A stretch of DNA of 64,000 nt from a bacterium (GCA_963662285.2 CAXXMV010000006.1:928001-992000); one strand, 5' to 3'; positions 18,900 to 28,944 are shown, numbered from the stretch's first letter. Program-made: numbers and translations. Notes: generated by a model not told the origin, from the sequence alone.

Positions 18900-18920
18900 A
18901 TTTCTGAAAGGAGTTTTCTT

Positions 18921-19967
18921 ATGAGAAAACTATTTGGTTTTTTGGTTTTGGCTGCTCTTGTTGCAGCTCCAGTAATCGGTTTTGCGCAAGGCACTAATTC
19001 AGGCGCAACCATAACAGTACCTTTTGTTGCTAATACGCCAGTTATCGATGGTCAGATTTCTGATGGCGAATGGGCTATGGTTGGCGTTGCCGAAGGTACA
19101 TGGTCTTCGCATGATAGTGATGCTGTTGCTACTATGGCTACTACAGTTAAAGTATGCTATAGCGTTGATGCTGTTTATTTTCTTTATGAATGTGAAGATG
19201 AACTGGTACAATCCATAGCTACTGGTACTGAGCGTTTACAGGGAATGACTGATGTTGACGGTCAAATGGATGGTACTTTTCCATGGCAAGGCGAGACTGA
19301 TTATGTAGCTCTTTACGTTGATCCATCCAACTATGCTGATGATGCTCCTGATGCTGAATTATACAGTTACGCCATCCAGTGGGAACCTTCAATCACTGCC
19401 AAGAATGAAAAAGATGCTGCTGGCAATAGTTATTTTTACACCGAATCCGGTAAATGGGGCGGTTTCAGAGCTCTCTTAAATCCTCCAGTTGTTGATGCTA
19501 ATGGCGCAACTCATTTTTGGGGTGGCGGCGGAGCATGGGACGGCCAAGGCATCGAAATCGTTGATGGCGCTACAGCTGATGGATTTATTTGTGAAGTTAA
19601 AGTTCCCTGGGCAAGTTTCAATGGTTATTGGAGACGCTCAATGGAAAGTGGCATAGATTTAGGCGATAATTTGTACGAAGCTTTCATCAATGGTGGTGAT
19701 ACTGATCCTTACCTGTCAGAGTGGGGCGGTATGAAAGTGCTTAATATTGCTGCAGACGATACAGTGACGCCTGTTGGATCAGGTATCGTATCAGGCATGC
19801 CAATGGAAGGAACTACCTGGAAAGTACAATTCTGCCGTTTCTCGAATGGCGCATTGGGTTATGTAAACTGGGTTGGCGACACTGGCGGATTCGTAAGCCG
19901 TCCATTCGGAAACCTGGTATTTGGACCTGCCTCCGGCAGCGCTGTTGAAAATGCAATGCTTCACTAG
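18921..19967 (+). CDS. Secreted CBM9/DOMON-like sugar-binding protein with C-terminal tail SAVENAMLH
   Basis: Signal peptide; PVIDGQISDGEW, FICEVKVPW, FGNLVF. Confidence 0.7.
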   Translation: MRKLFGFLVLAALVAAPVIGFAQGTNSGATITVPFVANTPVIDGQISDGEWAMVGVAEGTWSSHDSDAVATMATTVKVCYSVDAVYFLYECEDELVQSIATGTERLQGMTDVDGQMDGTFPWQGETDYVALYVDPSNYADDAPDAELYSYAIQWEPSITAKNEKDAAGNSYFYTESGKWGGFRALLNPPVVDANGATHFWGGGGAWDGQGIEIVDGATADGFICEVKVPWASFNGYWRRSMESGIDLGDNLYEAFINGGDTDPYLSEWGGMKVLNIAADDTVTPVGSGIVSGMPMEGTTWKVQFCRFSNGALGYVNWVGDTGGFVSRPFGNLVFGPASGSAVENAMLH

Positions 19968-20001
19968 AATTAATTGCTTAGTACTTATGATTAAAAACAA
20001 G

Positions 20002-20038
20002 AGAACGGTATGCCTTAGGGCATACCGTTCATTTTTTT
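20002..20038 (+). terminator. Intrinsic terminator between convergent genes
   Basis: GAACGGTATGCC-ttag-GGCATACCGTTC followed by a T-run. Confidence 0.85.
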
Positions 20039-20058
20039 CAATATTAATCACAGATACT

Positions 20059-21297
20059 TTATTGATGATCAACGTTTTTCTTAAAACGGGGCAGTTTACG
20101 GGAATACAAAAAGAGTTGCATCATCATGAGGGATGATGCGAGCATCATGACGGCTAGGATATAGAAGGTGGCGTGGAATCCCAACCAGCGGTACAGGCCA
20201 TATCCTAACATGGGAGCGATTATTCCCCGGATTCCCCAATTTACGTGATGGATGCTGGTGTAAACCGGGGCGTCATCATCAGTCTTGCAGAAGAACAGGC
20301 AACCCAGCATAAAGTTCATCTTGCCGCCAGCGAATAGAAATCCGATCAATGCGGAAGCGATGTATACCAGTTTCATATCCCAGGCGAAAGCGTATAGCAA
20401 TGGATGAAGAATCCAGATGCCATGCAGCACCATGCGCTGCCACATTGGATTGGGCTGCCGGTCGATTGTACGCCCCCACCAACGCAGCGTCAGGACTCCG
20501 ACGATATTGTGAATAACTCCGGCGGTCAGCGCAATTTGAAGATAATTGGCTTGCAGCACATCGACGACGTATAGTACGTATATCGGCGTTCCCGCCAGAT
20601 TGGCCAATCCCCCGATGAAAAAAGCAATCTCATAACGGATGAAGAGATTGTCTGATTTCAGGGTTGATATTATTTCTTTATATGAAACTAAGGTTTTGCG
20701 CTTGGCGCCAAGTTCTGAAATCTTTTCGTTGATTCGGGAAAGACAATAGGCGCCCAGCAATCCGCAAATAGCGGCAAAGGGAAAGATGTAGCGATAATAG
20801 TATGGATTAATATCCAGCAGTTTGCCCGCCGCCAGCGAAGTGAACACCGTTGCGATAAGCGCATAGGAACGAACATGTCCGGTTATGGTTCCACGGTGGG
20901 AATCGGGGTAAACGTTCTTAAGCAAGGCGGCGTACATCGGTACGTGCATAAATATGAAAAATAGCCCGGTGGCGGCGATGCAGCAAAAAACCAAAGGACT
21001 GAATCCCCAGGCCAGCAGGATAAAAATCATTTTGCAGGGGATCGACATGCATAGGATATAGGAAATATTGCGGCGCGTCCTGATCAGGTGGGGCATAGCG
21101 AAACTGAATAATGGCCCGATATGAACAAAAACCATGATCAGCACTAATTGGAATTCAGATATGCCGATAGTTTTACGCGCCACAAATCCCAGCATGTCGT
21201 AACAAATGCCGATAAAGATTCCTTCCAGCATCATGTAACGGACGTCCCAAAAATAAGCGGATTGGGCGCGCCGGGGCAGCGAAGCAACAAAGGACAT
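20059..21297 (-). CDS. MFS transporter
   Basis: About 12 hydrophobic segments; YPDSHRG, WWGRTIDR; start taken at MSFVASL (21297). Confidence 0.8.
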   Translation of the reverse strand: MSFVASLPRRAQSAYFWDVRYMMLEGIFIGICYDMLGFVARKTIGISEFQLVLIMVFVHIGPLFSFAMPHLIRTRRNISYILCMSIPCKMIFILLAWGFSPLVFCCIAATGLFFIFMHVPMYAALLKNVYPDSHRGTITGHVRSYALIATVFTSLAAGKLLDINPYYYRYIFPFAAICGLLGAYCLSRINEKISELGAKRKTLVSYKEIISTLKSDNLFIRYEIAFFIGGLANLAGTPIYVLYVVDVLQANYLQIALTAGVIHNIVGVLTLRWWGRTIDRQPNPMWQRMVLHGIWILHPLLYAFAWDMKLVYIASALIGFLFAGGKMNFMLGCLFFCKTDDDAPVYTSIHHVNWGIRGIIAPMLGYGLYRWLGFHATFYILAVMMLASSLMMMQLFLYSRKLPRFKKNVDHQ

Positions 21298-21734
21298 GCC
21301 GGTTTTTCCAGTTCTTAAAGCATAATAATATAATAATAAAATATAGAATACGAGCAGGTAGAGGAAAACCAAACCCTCATGCCATGAAGATATCTCTTTG
21401 CGCCATAACATCAAACGTCATGTAATATTTCTTCAATATTCTTCGTTTTCAGCTTCTTGTTCTATCAGTTTAGCGGATCAATATAATATGGTGATTATGA
21501 TAAACTATTGGATTCATAAAAGGGAAGCACCCTGGTATTAATTACTGATAATGATAAGGTTAACCCAACCTTACAATGAATCCGCATCTCAGTTAATATC
21601 GATGATTAGCACAATTTAATAATATAAGGAGGTGCTTTTGGAAAAATAATATATATTTATCCTGTATTGGTTTACTAATTGAAAACAAAAAATTTATAAT
21701 GTTGAAATATTTTAATGAAAAAGGAGAGTAAAAA

Positions 21735-23294
21735 ATGAAACGAGTTTTATTCGTGTTGTGCGGCATTGCGCTGATTGCAGCGCCTTCGTTCGCCACAACA
21801 AAAACAGTTGGAAAATCCGGCGCCGACTTCACGAGCATTCAGGCGGCTATCGATTCATTTACTGAAGCGGAAGTTACTGATGGAACTCCTGATGTTGTCG
21901 AAATCATTGACGGCGAAATGTATGATGAACAGGTTATTATCGGAAATTTGATACCTGATCCTGATGGTTTATCGGAAGGATATCTGGATGATGCCATTGA
22001 TCTGGCCCTGAGAAGCGATTCATTTACACTTAAGGGAGCCGATCCTGAAAATCGTCCCAGCATCAATCCAATAGAAGCTGAATTTGCCTCTTATGGCGTT
22101 TTCACCAATGATTCGGGCGATAATTTCGTCGCCACTTTGTCTTTTATGGGAAAAGATATCAATATCGAAAATATTGAAATTCTTCAGGCATCTGAAATCA
22201 ACGATGATCAGTATGGCATGAATGGCCAGGCTGGCAACATGGTCTTCAAGAATGTACTGTTCGCCCATTCCGGCGCCAAGGCGCCTGGCGAAGCCTTCGT
22301 CAACTTGAATAATGACATCTATATCGCTGATAAAGGTTTTGATAACTCTTATACATTCATTGACTGCACTTTTGATGCTGCAGTTGACGGCGCGAGAAAC
22401 GACAACGTCGATACATTCTACTTCCACGGTTACGGTCAGGGAGATGCTGATGAAGCAGGTATCAACATAGAAGATGTCAGCGTTAATGTAGTATTCGAAG
22501 GATGCTCCTTTTTAAATAGCGATACAATAACCGCTATTCGCGGTAATGCCCAAGCCAACCATGTTTCGTTTAGCAATTGCTTTATTTCCAACAACAAGCA
22601 AGGTTTGATAGGTTCAGGTAAGGGAACATTTACGGTTGATAGCAGCATCTTTTACAACAACCAGCAGAATGGCGGTGATGCGGATAATGACTATACCTGT
22701 TTAGGAACTACCGGACGTAGTGGATTTACTCCAGCATTGACAGTTACAAACTCACTGTTCGTCGATAACTTATCCGCAGATGCAGATAGTCTGGCAGGTC
22801 TCCTCGGTTTTGAATTCCGCGCGGCAGCCATCCGTATTAAAAATGATGGAACCGACCCGGATATCACTATAGAAAATTGCACGTTTGTGAACAATCCTAT
22901 TGCGATTCGTTTTACTGATGGCAGTGGACGTCCTCGAAGCGCTTCCGTAAACAATAACATTTTCCAGAATTGCAATTCTTCCATTCTAACGGCGGATGAC
23001 GCCGCCGACAGTTATTTCAATTCAGTAGCAGACGGCGATCCAGTTACTGCACTGGTTGTTAGCGGCGCTAATAACGTTTTTGACGGCAACAACGCCGTTG
23101 TAGAAGACGCAGCGTTATTGCCAAACGTTTCGCTCGAAGGAACTGAAGCATCAGTGACATTCAATAATCCTTCAATTGATCCCAGCGATCCATTCTCCGG
23201 ACCTCCATACACCGTCGCATCAGGCGCGCCAGCCGATGTAGGCGCTAACCTGGGTGGAACTACAGCTGTTAGTGAATTTATGATTTTTGAATAA
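21735..23294 (+). CDS. Secreted right-handed beta-helix (pectin-lyase fold) protein with C-terminal tail TAVSEFMIFE
   Basis: Signal peptide; ADFTSIQAAID; repeated NCTF.NN / NNIF motifs. Confidence 0.75.
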   Translation: MKRVLFVLCGIALIAAPSFATTKTVGKSGADFTSIQAAIDSFTEAEVTDGTPDVVEIIDGEMYDEQVIIGNLIPDPDGLSEGYLDDAIDLALRSDSFTLKGADPENRPSINPIEAEFASYGVFTNDSGDNFVATLSFMGKDINIENIEILQASEINDDQYGMNGQAGNMVFKNVLFAHSGAKAPGEAFVNLNNDIYIADKGFDNSYTFIDCTFDAAVDGARNDNVDTFYFHGYGQGDADEAGINIEDVSVNVVFEGCSFLNSDTITAIRGNAQANHVSFSNCFISNNKQGLIGSGKGTFTVDSSIFYNNQQNGGDADNDYTCLGTTGRSGFTPALTVTNSLFVDNLSADADSLAGLLGFEFRAAAIRIKNDGTDPDITIENCTFVNNPIAIRFTDGSGRPRSASVNNNIFQNCNSSILTADDAADSYFNSVADGDPVTALVVSGANNVFDGNNAVVEDAALLPNVSLEGTEASVTFNNPSIDPSDPFSGPPYTVASGAPADVGANLGGTTAVSEFMIFE

Positions 23295-23317
23295 GCCTGA
23301 TATTAGTAGTTATAATC

Positions 23318-23352
23318 AAGCCCGCCTTCGGTTTTGTTGGCGGGCTTTTTTT
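23318..23352 (+). terminator. Intrinsic terminator
   Basis: AAGCCCGCC...GGCGGGCTT followed by a T-run. Confidence 0.8.
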
Positions 23353-23380
23353 ATGCTAAAAAATAAATTACAAAAAAAGA

Positions 23381-23413
23381 TTGACATGCTGTATATATCG
23401 TAGTACGATATAT
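23381..23413 (+). promoter_or_regulatory. Sigma70 promoter with palindromic operator (likely PadR autoregulation)
   Basis: TTGACA(23381)-17 bp-TACGAT(23404); inverted repeat ATATATCGTA-g-TACGATATAT at 23393-23413. Confidence 0.75.
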
Positions 23414-23443
23414 CGGGTAGCGTCATAAAGAGGTGAACCAGAG

Positions 23444-23824
23444 ATGAAAAAAAAACAAGAGAAGACCAATATTCCACTGAATCATACTGATTTTCATATC
23501 CTGGTCTCACTGGCTGATGAAGAGCGCCACGGATATGGAATAATGCAGGAAGTTCAAAACCGTACCGATGGGAGCATACGACTAGGACCGGGCACGCTCT
23601 ATGGCGCCATCAAGCGGTTGCTCGATTTAAAATATATTGAAGAATCCGATCAGCGCCCTGATGCGGAGAACGACGATGAACGCCGCCGATGTTACTACCG
23701 TCTAACCGGACTTGGTCGAGATGTTGCGATACTCGAAGCCGAACGCTTGTCTTCAGTAGTGAAGCAGGCTCAAGCGAAACGGTTGATCGGTCTAAGAGCA
23801 TTGAAACCGGAAAATGCATCATGA
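23444..23824 (+). CDS. PadR family transcriptional regulator
   Basis: ERHGYGIMQEV...GPGTLYGAIKRL...RRRCYYRLT..G. Confidence 0.92.
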   Translation: MKKKQEKTNIPLNHTDFHILVSLADEERHGYGIMQEVQNRTDGSIRLGPGTLYGAIKRLLDLKYIEESDQRPDAENDDERRRCYYRLTGLGRDVAILEAERLSSVVKQAQAKRLIGLRALKPENAS

Positions 23825-24276
23825 AAACAACCAGTATCCATACAAAACTCTATCGGTGTTTGATGAAATTGTATCCATACCAGTTTCGTGATTCATTTGG
23901 CGATGAAATGGAAATGGTTTTTTGCGATATGATTCGTGACCGCAATCATGAGGGTAAGGGGAAATTGCTGCTATGGTTAGAGATCATCCCGGATGTTCTT
24001 CTATCCGTGATCGAGCAGCATTGGAATAAACCTAAGAGAAGGGAAGGGAAAATGAGTTTGACTTTTACCAGTATCTTATCAGCAGAAAAAATCGGACAAC
24101 TAATGTTGGAAATGGCCGCAGTTCTATTGGTAGCTGCTTTGATGACGAAACCCGATCCAGTATCGCAAATCATGGTGGCGGTTCCCGCGTTTATTTTATG
24201 TCAAATCGTTTTTTGGTGGATGTCCAAATCTCGTAAACCTATTTTTCGCAAAAAATCGAAAGGAGATTCAAAATGA
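23821..24276 (+). CDS. PadR-associated membrane protein (LYR.L..LYP..FR..FG.EM domain) with a TatC-like C-terminal hairpin
   Basis: ATGA overlap with the padR stop; AALMTKPDPVSQIMVAVP. Confidence 0.7.
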   Translation: MKTTSIHTKLYRCLMKLYPYQFRDSFGDEMEMVFCDMIRDRNHEGKGKLLLWLEIIPDVLLSVIEQHWNKPKRREGKMSLTFTSILSAEKIGQLMLEMAAVLLVAALMTKPDPVSQIMVAVPAFILCQIVFWWMSKSRKPIFRKKSKGDSK

Positions 24277-24500
24277 TACCCATCGGCCCCATTGAGATTC
24301 TTGTCATATTATGTATTGCGTTACCTGGAATTTTTGTATACCGCCGGACTCAAGCCAGAACAATTCCGGTAGGTTCTTCCTGTGAATCTGGTAGTTTAAC
24401 TGCACGGCGTCATCTGTATATTAAAATTGTTCAAATCATAGTCGTAGTCTTTATAGTATATTGTCTGGAGAAAAGTATTTTTCCTGAATTTATCTTATGA
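24273..24500 (+). CDS. Small membrane protein with a TatA-like N-terminus
   Basis: ATGA overlap, GGAG RBS; MIPIGPIEILVILCIAL plus a second TM segment. Confidence 0.55.
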   Translation: MIPIGPIEILVILCIALPGIFVYRRTQARTIPVGSSCESGSLTARRHLYIKIVQIIVVVFIVYCLEKSIFPEFIL

Positions 24501-24580
24501 TTTTAAAACTCTTTCATGGGATGCGAAATGAGGAATAATCTATTTCGTATCCCGTGAATCGAACTGTATAAGAAAAATAA

Positions 24581-27500
24581 TCAGGAGATTTTTGTAGAAA
24601 TGATATGCTGAAGAATTTGGTTAAGTTCTTCCATGTGATATGGTTTAGTTACAACGCCGCAAAAACCATAATCTTGATAATTAGCCATTATGGGGTCGCT
24701 GGAATAACCACTGGAAACAAGAGCTTTAACATCAGGATCAATTTTCAAAAGTTGCCCAACTGCTTCCTCCCCTCCCATACCGCCAGGTATGGTTAAATCC
24801 ATGATTACAACATCAAACTTGTTATCTGTTTTTAATGCTTCCGTATAAGATTTAGTGGCTTCCACTCCATCATTTGCGCACTCAACTTCATAGCCAATGT
24901 TTTGAAGTATGTCCCTGGTAACATCCAGGATCAATTGCTCATCATCCATAATCAGAATATGTCCCTGTCCGGTAAATTCCTTGATTGCATTCACTTTTGT
25001 AGATTTTTCAATTTTGTTTGAGGAAGCAGGAAGATAAATTGTAAATACGGTTCCTTTTTCAGGGGAATGAGCGAAAATTGTTCCACCATGTTTACTGATT
25101 ATAGAAAAAGAAGTTGCTAATCCCAGGCCGCTGCCTTTTTCTTTGGTGGTAAAATATGGATCAAATATCTTTGACAAATGCTCTTTCGCAATTCCAATTC
25201 CTTGATCGTGGATTGAAAGCCTGACATAATCTCCGGCTAGTAAATTTAGCGTATGTTCATCTCTATCATCTTTAAGGGTTACGTTTTCACCTTTGATGAT
25301 GATTTCACCGCCTTTCGGCATCGCTTGGATCGCATTAATAATTAAATTTTGAATTACTTGACTTAATTGCCCTTTATCGACTTCTACAAGCAACAAATCA
25401 TCGACAAAATCATATTTACAACGCACTTTTGAACCACTAAGCGTAAACGAACAGGTTTTTCTGACAATTTCTTCGATGGAAGCAGTTTTTTTAACTGGAT
25501 CGCCTCCTTTGGAGAAGGTCAATAATTGCTGGGTTAAATCTTTGGCTCTCAGTGAAGCCAGTTCTGCTTGTGATAAACGCTTAAAGATTTCACTACTTGG
25601 ATCCAGTAGATATTTAGCAAGAGAGATATTTCCTATAATGGATGTTAAAAGATTATTGAAATCATGCGCAATCCCACCTGCGAGAATGCCAACGGATTCT
25701 AATTTTTTAACTTTTAATAATTCTTCTTCAATTTGTTTTCTTTCAGTAATATCACGGTCAATTCCCCGGTAACCAACAAATTTGCCATCGCTGTCATAGA
25801 AGGGTAATCCACATGATTCGAGGATAACTTTATGGTTATCTTTATGGAGACTAACATTAATCAAATGATTAAAAGGTTTTTCAGCTTTAACATATTCATT
25901 CAATCTTGAAGCGATTTTTGGCGCTTCATCAGTAGGCATGAGATCAAATATAGAATTCCCCAGTAATTCTTCCGGATCATAGCCTAAAACATTTTTAACC
26001 TGTGGACTAACATAGGTAAAAAGCGAATTTATATCTGTTTCCCAAATCCAATCAGATGTGGTTTCAACCAAAGAGCGAAAACGCTCTTCACTTTTCTTCA
26101 ATTCAGATTCCACATGAATTTTTTCTGTTATATCTTCAATTAAACCATCATAATAGATAATCTTACCGGATTGATCTTTGACTACATTGGCTGAAACTGA
26201 TCCCCAAATAGTTGTTCCATCTTTCTTTGTAAATTGAAATTGTTCATCAATAACTTGACCTTGTGATAATAGTTTGTCTGAAAACTTAGCCCGCATACTT
26301 GGATTAATATAAAGGTCAGATACGTTAATTTGCAAAAAATCCTCAACAGATTCATAACCAAACATTTTTGCGATGGCATGATTGGCGGTAATAAAACGAC
26401 CTTTTGGGCCAGGCGTGTTTCGATATAATCCAATGGGAATGTTAGAAATTAAGCTGCGGTAACGTTCTTCGCTTTCTTGCAATTCGCTTTCAAACCGTTT
26501 TCTTTCTGATATATCATTTTGTAAATCATCCAACGTATCGCTTAATATATTCGCCATATCATTGAAGGAAATGGCAAGTTCACCGATTTCATCGTTGCTC
26601 TTGATGCTGGCTCGATGTTTTAGATTGCCTGAGCGAATTTCTTTAGTGGCTCTGGTTAGAGTCTTGATGGGAGAAATCACATAAATCCAAATAAGCAAAA
26701 CAATCACTAAAAATAAAACTAAGCTAATAAAAACTGCACCCAAAATAAAATTCCTTTGAAATTCCGGCAGCATTTTAACAATTTCATTATGGGGAACAAC
26801 AATCGCAAAATACCAATCCTGAAAATCAAGATCATAAGCGAATAAATAGTTTAATTCATCATTTTCGTGGAATGATTCGATATGGATTTTCTTATTGGAC
26901 GGTTCTTTATTTACAATTCCAGAAATAACATGGGCGAGTTCCAGATTGCTTAATTCTGTAAAATGTAAGGCCGAACCCATTTTAGCCGTTTTTTGCAGTC
27001 GATTTAAATGATTAGGATGAATGACAATGTTTTTCTTTTTATCAAAAATAAATCCATAACCGGTGTTATAATATTTTTTACTCAGAATCTCTTTATAGAT
27101 ATCATCTAAAATAACATCATGGCCCACAATTCCCAGAAATGCGCCACCAATGTAAATAGGAGTAATTAAACTGGTCATCCAATGTTTCCAAATGGAATCA
27201 TAATAAGGAGCAGTCCATCGAGTTGATTGATCAGGATTGTTGATCGGTTCGGCAATATTGTAAAAAATATCTTGGGTAAAATCATGATCCGGTTCGATTT
27301 CCATAGCCCAGTCGTGTTTGTAAATCCGGATAAGTTGATGTCTGGTGATTAGGTACATATTAAATACGAAAGAGGAAATCCCCCTAGCGTATTCTTCAAA
27401 GCAAGATTCAGTTGATATGATTATCTGCTTAATCTCATCATTGAGTTCTGATTTTGACGACAAGAAAATAGCTGAAATATCATCATCTGGATATGCGTTT

Positions 27501-27844
27501 AAGTTTGTTCTGAGGGCGCCGTTGATATGTTGGAATTTTCTGTCGAAGTCCTGTAATTCGAGTTGAGTCGGCGTATGGGATAACCACTTTTTTATACGGT
27601 CTCGAGATTTGACGCCCAAGTTCTCAATTTTGCCGAAATGCTCCTGGATATCTTCTCCTTCATCAATAGCAAGAACGCTAATTGATTCATGCATATTGCT
27701 AACGACTTGTTTTTCAAGGATTTTTTGTGCAATAAAACCGACCAGCAGGAAAAATAGCAAAAATACTAGGGCGAAAACAAAGATCAATTTTTGCGTTAGA
27801 TTAAAAGTGAAACCTTGATTTAAGTTTTTTTGAGATAAATTCAT
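24581..27844 (-). CDS. Hybrid sensor histidine kinase (Cache-HAMP-PAS-PAS-HisKA-HATPase-REC)
   Basis: WTAPYYD, DEIGELA, GGIAHDFNNLL, FTTK.KGSGLGL, ILIMDDE, MDLTIPGGMGG. Confidence 0.92.
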   Translation of the reverse strand: MNLSQKNLNQGFTFNLTQKLIFVFALVFLLFFLLVGFIAQKILEKQVVSNMHESISVLAIDEGEDIQEHFGKIENLGVKSRDRIKKWLSHTPTQLELQDFDRKFQHINGALRTNLNAYPDDDISAIFLSSKSELNDEIKQIIISTESCFEEYARGISSFVFNMYLITRHQLIRIYKHDWAMEIEPDHDFTQDIFYNIAEPINNPDQSTRWTAPYYDSIWKHWMTSLITPIYIGGAFLGIVGHDVILDDIYKEILSKKYYNTGYGFIFDKKKNIVIHPNHLNRLQKTAKMGSALHFTELSNLELAHVISGIVNKEPSNKKIHIESFHENDELNYLFAYDLDFQDWYFAIVVPHNEIVKMLPEFQRNFILGAVFISLVLFLVIVLLIWIYVISPIKTLTRATKEIRSGNLKHRASIKSNDEIGELAISFNDMANILSDTLDDLQNDISERKRFESELQESEERYRSLISNIPIGLYRNTPGPKGRFITANHAIAKMFGYESVEDFLQINVSDLYINPSMRAKFSDKLLSQGQVIDEQFQFTKKDGTTIWGSVSANVVKDQSGKIIYYDGLIEDITEKIHVESELKKSEERFRSLVETTSDWIWETDINSLFTYVSPQVKNVLGYDPEELLGNSIFDLMPTDEAPKIASRLNEYVKAEKPFNHLINVSLHKDNHKVILESCGLPFYDSDGKFVGYRGIDRDITERKQIEEELLKVKKLESVGILAGGIAHDFNNLLTSIIGNISLAKYLLDPSSEIFKRLSQAELASLRAKDLTQQLLTFSKGGDPVKKTASIEEIVRKTCSFTLSGSKVRCKYDFVDDLLLVEVDKGQLSQVIQNLIINAIQAMPKGGEIIIKGENVTLKDDRDEHTLNLLAGDYVRLSIHDQGIGIAKEHLSKIFDPYFTTKEKGSGLGLATSFSIISKHGGTIFAHSPEKGTVFTIYLPASSNKIEKSTKVNAIKEFTGQGHILIMDDEQLILDVTRDILQNIGYEVECANDGVEATKSYTEALKTDNKFDVVIMDLTIPGGMGGEEAVGQLLKIDPDVKALVSSGYSSDPIMANYQDYGFCGVVTKPYHMEELNQILQHIISTKIS

Positions 27845-28051
27845 ATTTTGGATATTTCAATTTTTTGTTATATATCTCCTGTTTATTCAACATGACTGAT
27901 AGTACAGGATATCAGTTAATTGTATATGTTTGGAGGCAATATAGAACTTATTGTTTACTAATTATTTTATTTAATGTATATATCGTCTTAAGTTTGGTAT
28001 ACATACTTATATATATTTTTATTTATATATAAGCGTTAGCGTGATAAATCA

Positions 28052-28600
28052 TTAAGTTGCAGGCGATATTACATCAGATGCGGCGGTTTTAGGTTTGGGA
28101 GGATTGTCGCTATTGAAATAGTTATTGGAGGTGAACACGAAAAGAAATTCTTTATCCTTTATCTTTATCCCTGCAATATTCCGGTGGAAGGGATCATTCT
28201 CTTCTGATACATTGCAGAGGATTATTACTGACTCGAGAGGTTTAGTGGATTTATAGGATAGCTGCATAACCACAAATGATTCTTCATCTTCTTCGGTTTC
28301 ATGTGACATTTTTAAAAGATCAAATTTCAACTGACGCCCGCCAGACAGAACCTTTATCTTGTTTGAAAGATAATAATACATCAGTGGTTTAATCGCATCG
28401 AGTTCCTTTTGGGTTAGGATCAGATCGCCGTCAGGATCGGCGTTGAACAGTTCCAGGGTGCAAATCAGCGTAAAGCGCAATTCTATATTAATTTCGTTTT
28501 CGCTTATATCGATAGATGAATATGAGAAACTATTCAAATGCGCCGAGGCAAGCGCCGTGAATAAAGCAAGCGATAATAATATCCCCAGACATCGTTTCAT
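28052..28600 (-). CDS. Exported hypothetical protein (resembles the N-domain of HupE/UreJ-associated proteins)
   Basis: Signal peptide ending ASAH; D.DGD..L EF-like motif; HRNI. Confidence 0.55.
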   Translation of the reverse strand: MKRCLGILLSLALFTALASAHLNSFSYSSIDISENEINIELRFTLICTLELFNADPDGDLILTQKELDAIKPLMYYYLSNKIKVLSGGRQLKFDLLKMSHETEEDEESFVVMQLSYKSTKPLESVIILCNVSEENDPFHRNIAGIKIKDKEFLFVFTSNNYFNSDNPPKPKTAASDVISPAT

Positions 28601-28648
28601 GATAAACGCCTTTTGGTTAGAGAGGTTAGTAATATCTCTGTTTATGTG

Positions 28649-28921
28649 ATTCCTACCCCAGGCTTGGGGGAGGTTAGGAGGGGGTTGCGCACCCCCCCCT
28701 CTGACTCCAATGTCATTAAGTTAAGCAATTTTGACCATACAATAGGTGGTTTGATCAAGGGCTGACCGCAATGCGGTCTTGCCCTTGGCACCCAGTAATG
28801 TTATTAACTTAAGTTATTTGAATGTCCCTCTCACACTAACCCTCTCCCGGCGGGAGAGGGGACAACACTTTTAACTTAATGACATTGCCCTCTAACTCCC
28901 CCCAGGCTTGGGGGGAGAATT
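28649..28921. repeat. Family-A REP doublet interrupted by a composite MITE
   Basis: Same doublet as the uninterrupted copy at 30491-30572. Confidence 0.8.
28708..28887. mobile_element. Composite IS4-like MITE with 11-bp TSD
   Basis: Perfect 17-bp TIR CAATGTCATTAAGTTAA; TSD CCCTCTGACTC (28697-28707) / CCCTCTAACTC (28888-28898); a third internal TIR at 28796; contains family-C and family-B hairpins. Confidence 0.85.
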
Positions 28922-28944
28922 GGTATTAATCAAGCATTTTTATC

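Noticed and set aside
23689-23820. N-terminal extension of the ORF ending at 24276
   Set aside because: Overlaps padR; the ATG at 23821 with an ATGA overlap is the likelier start. Similar over-extensions were trimmed for leuB, the MFS gene, DUF2961 and nurA.
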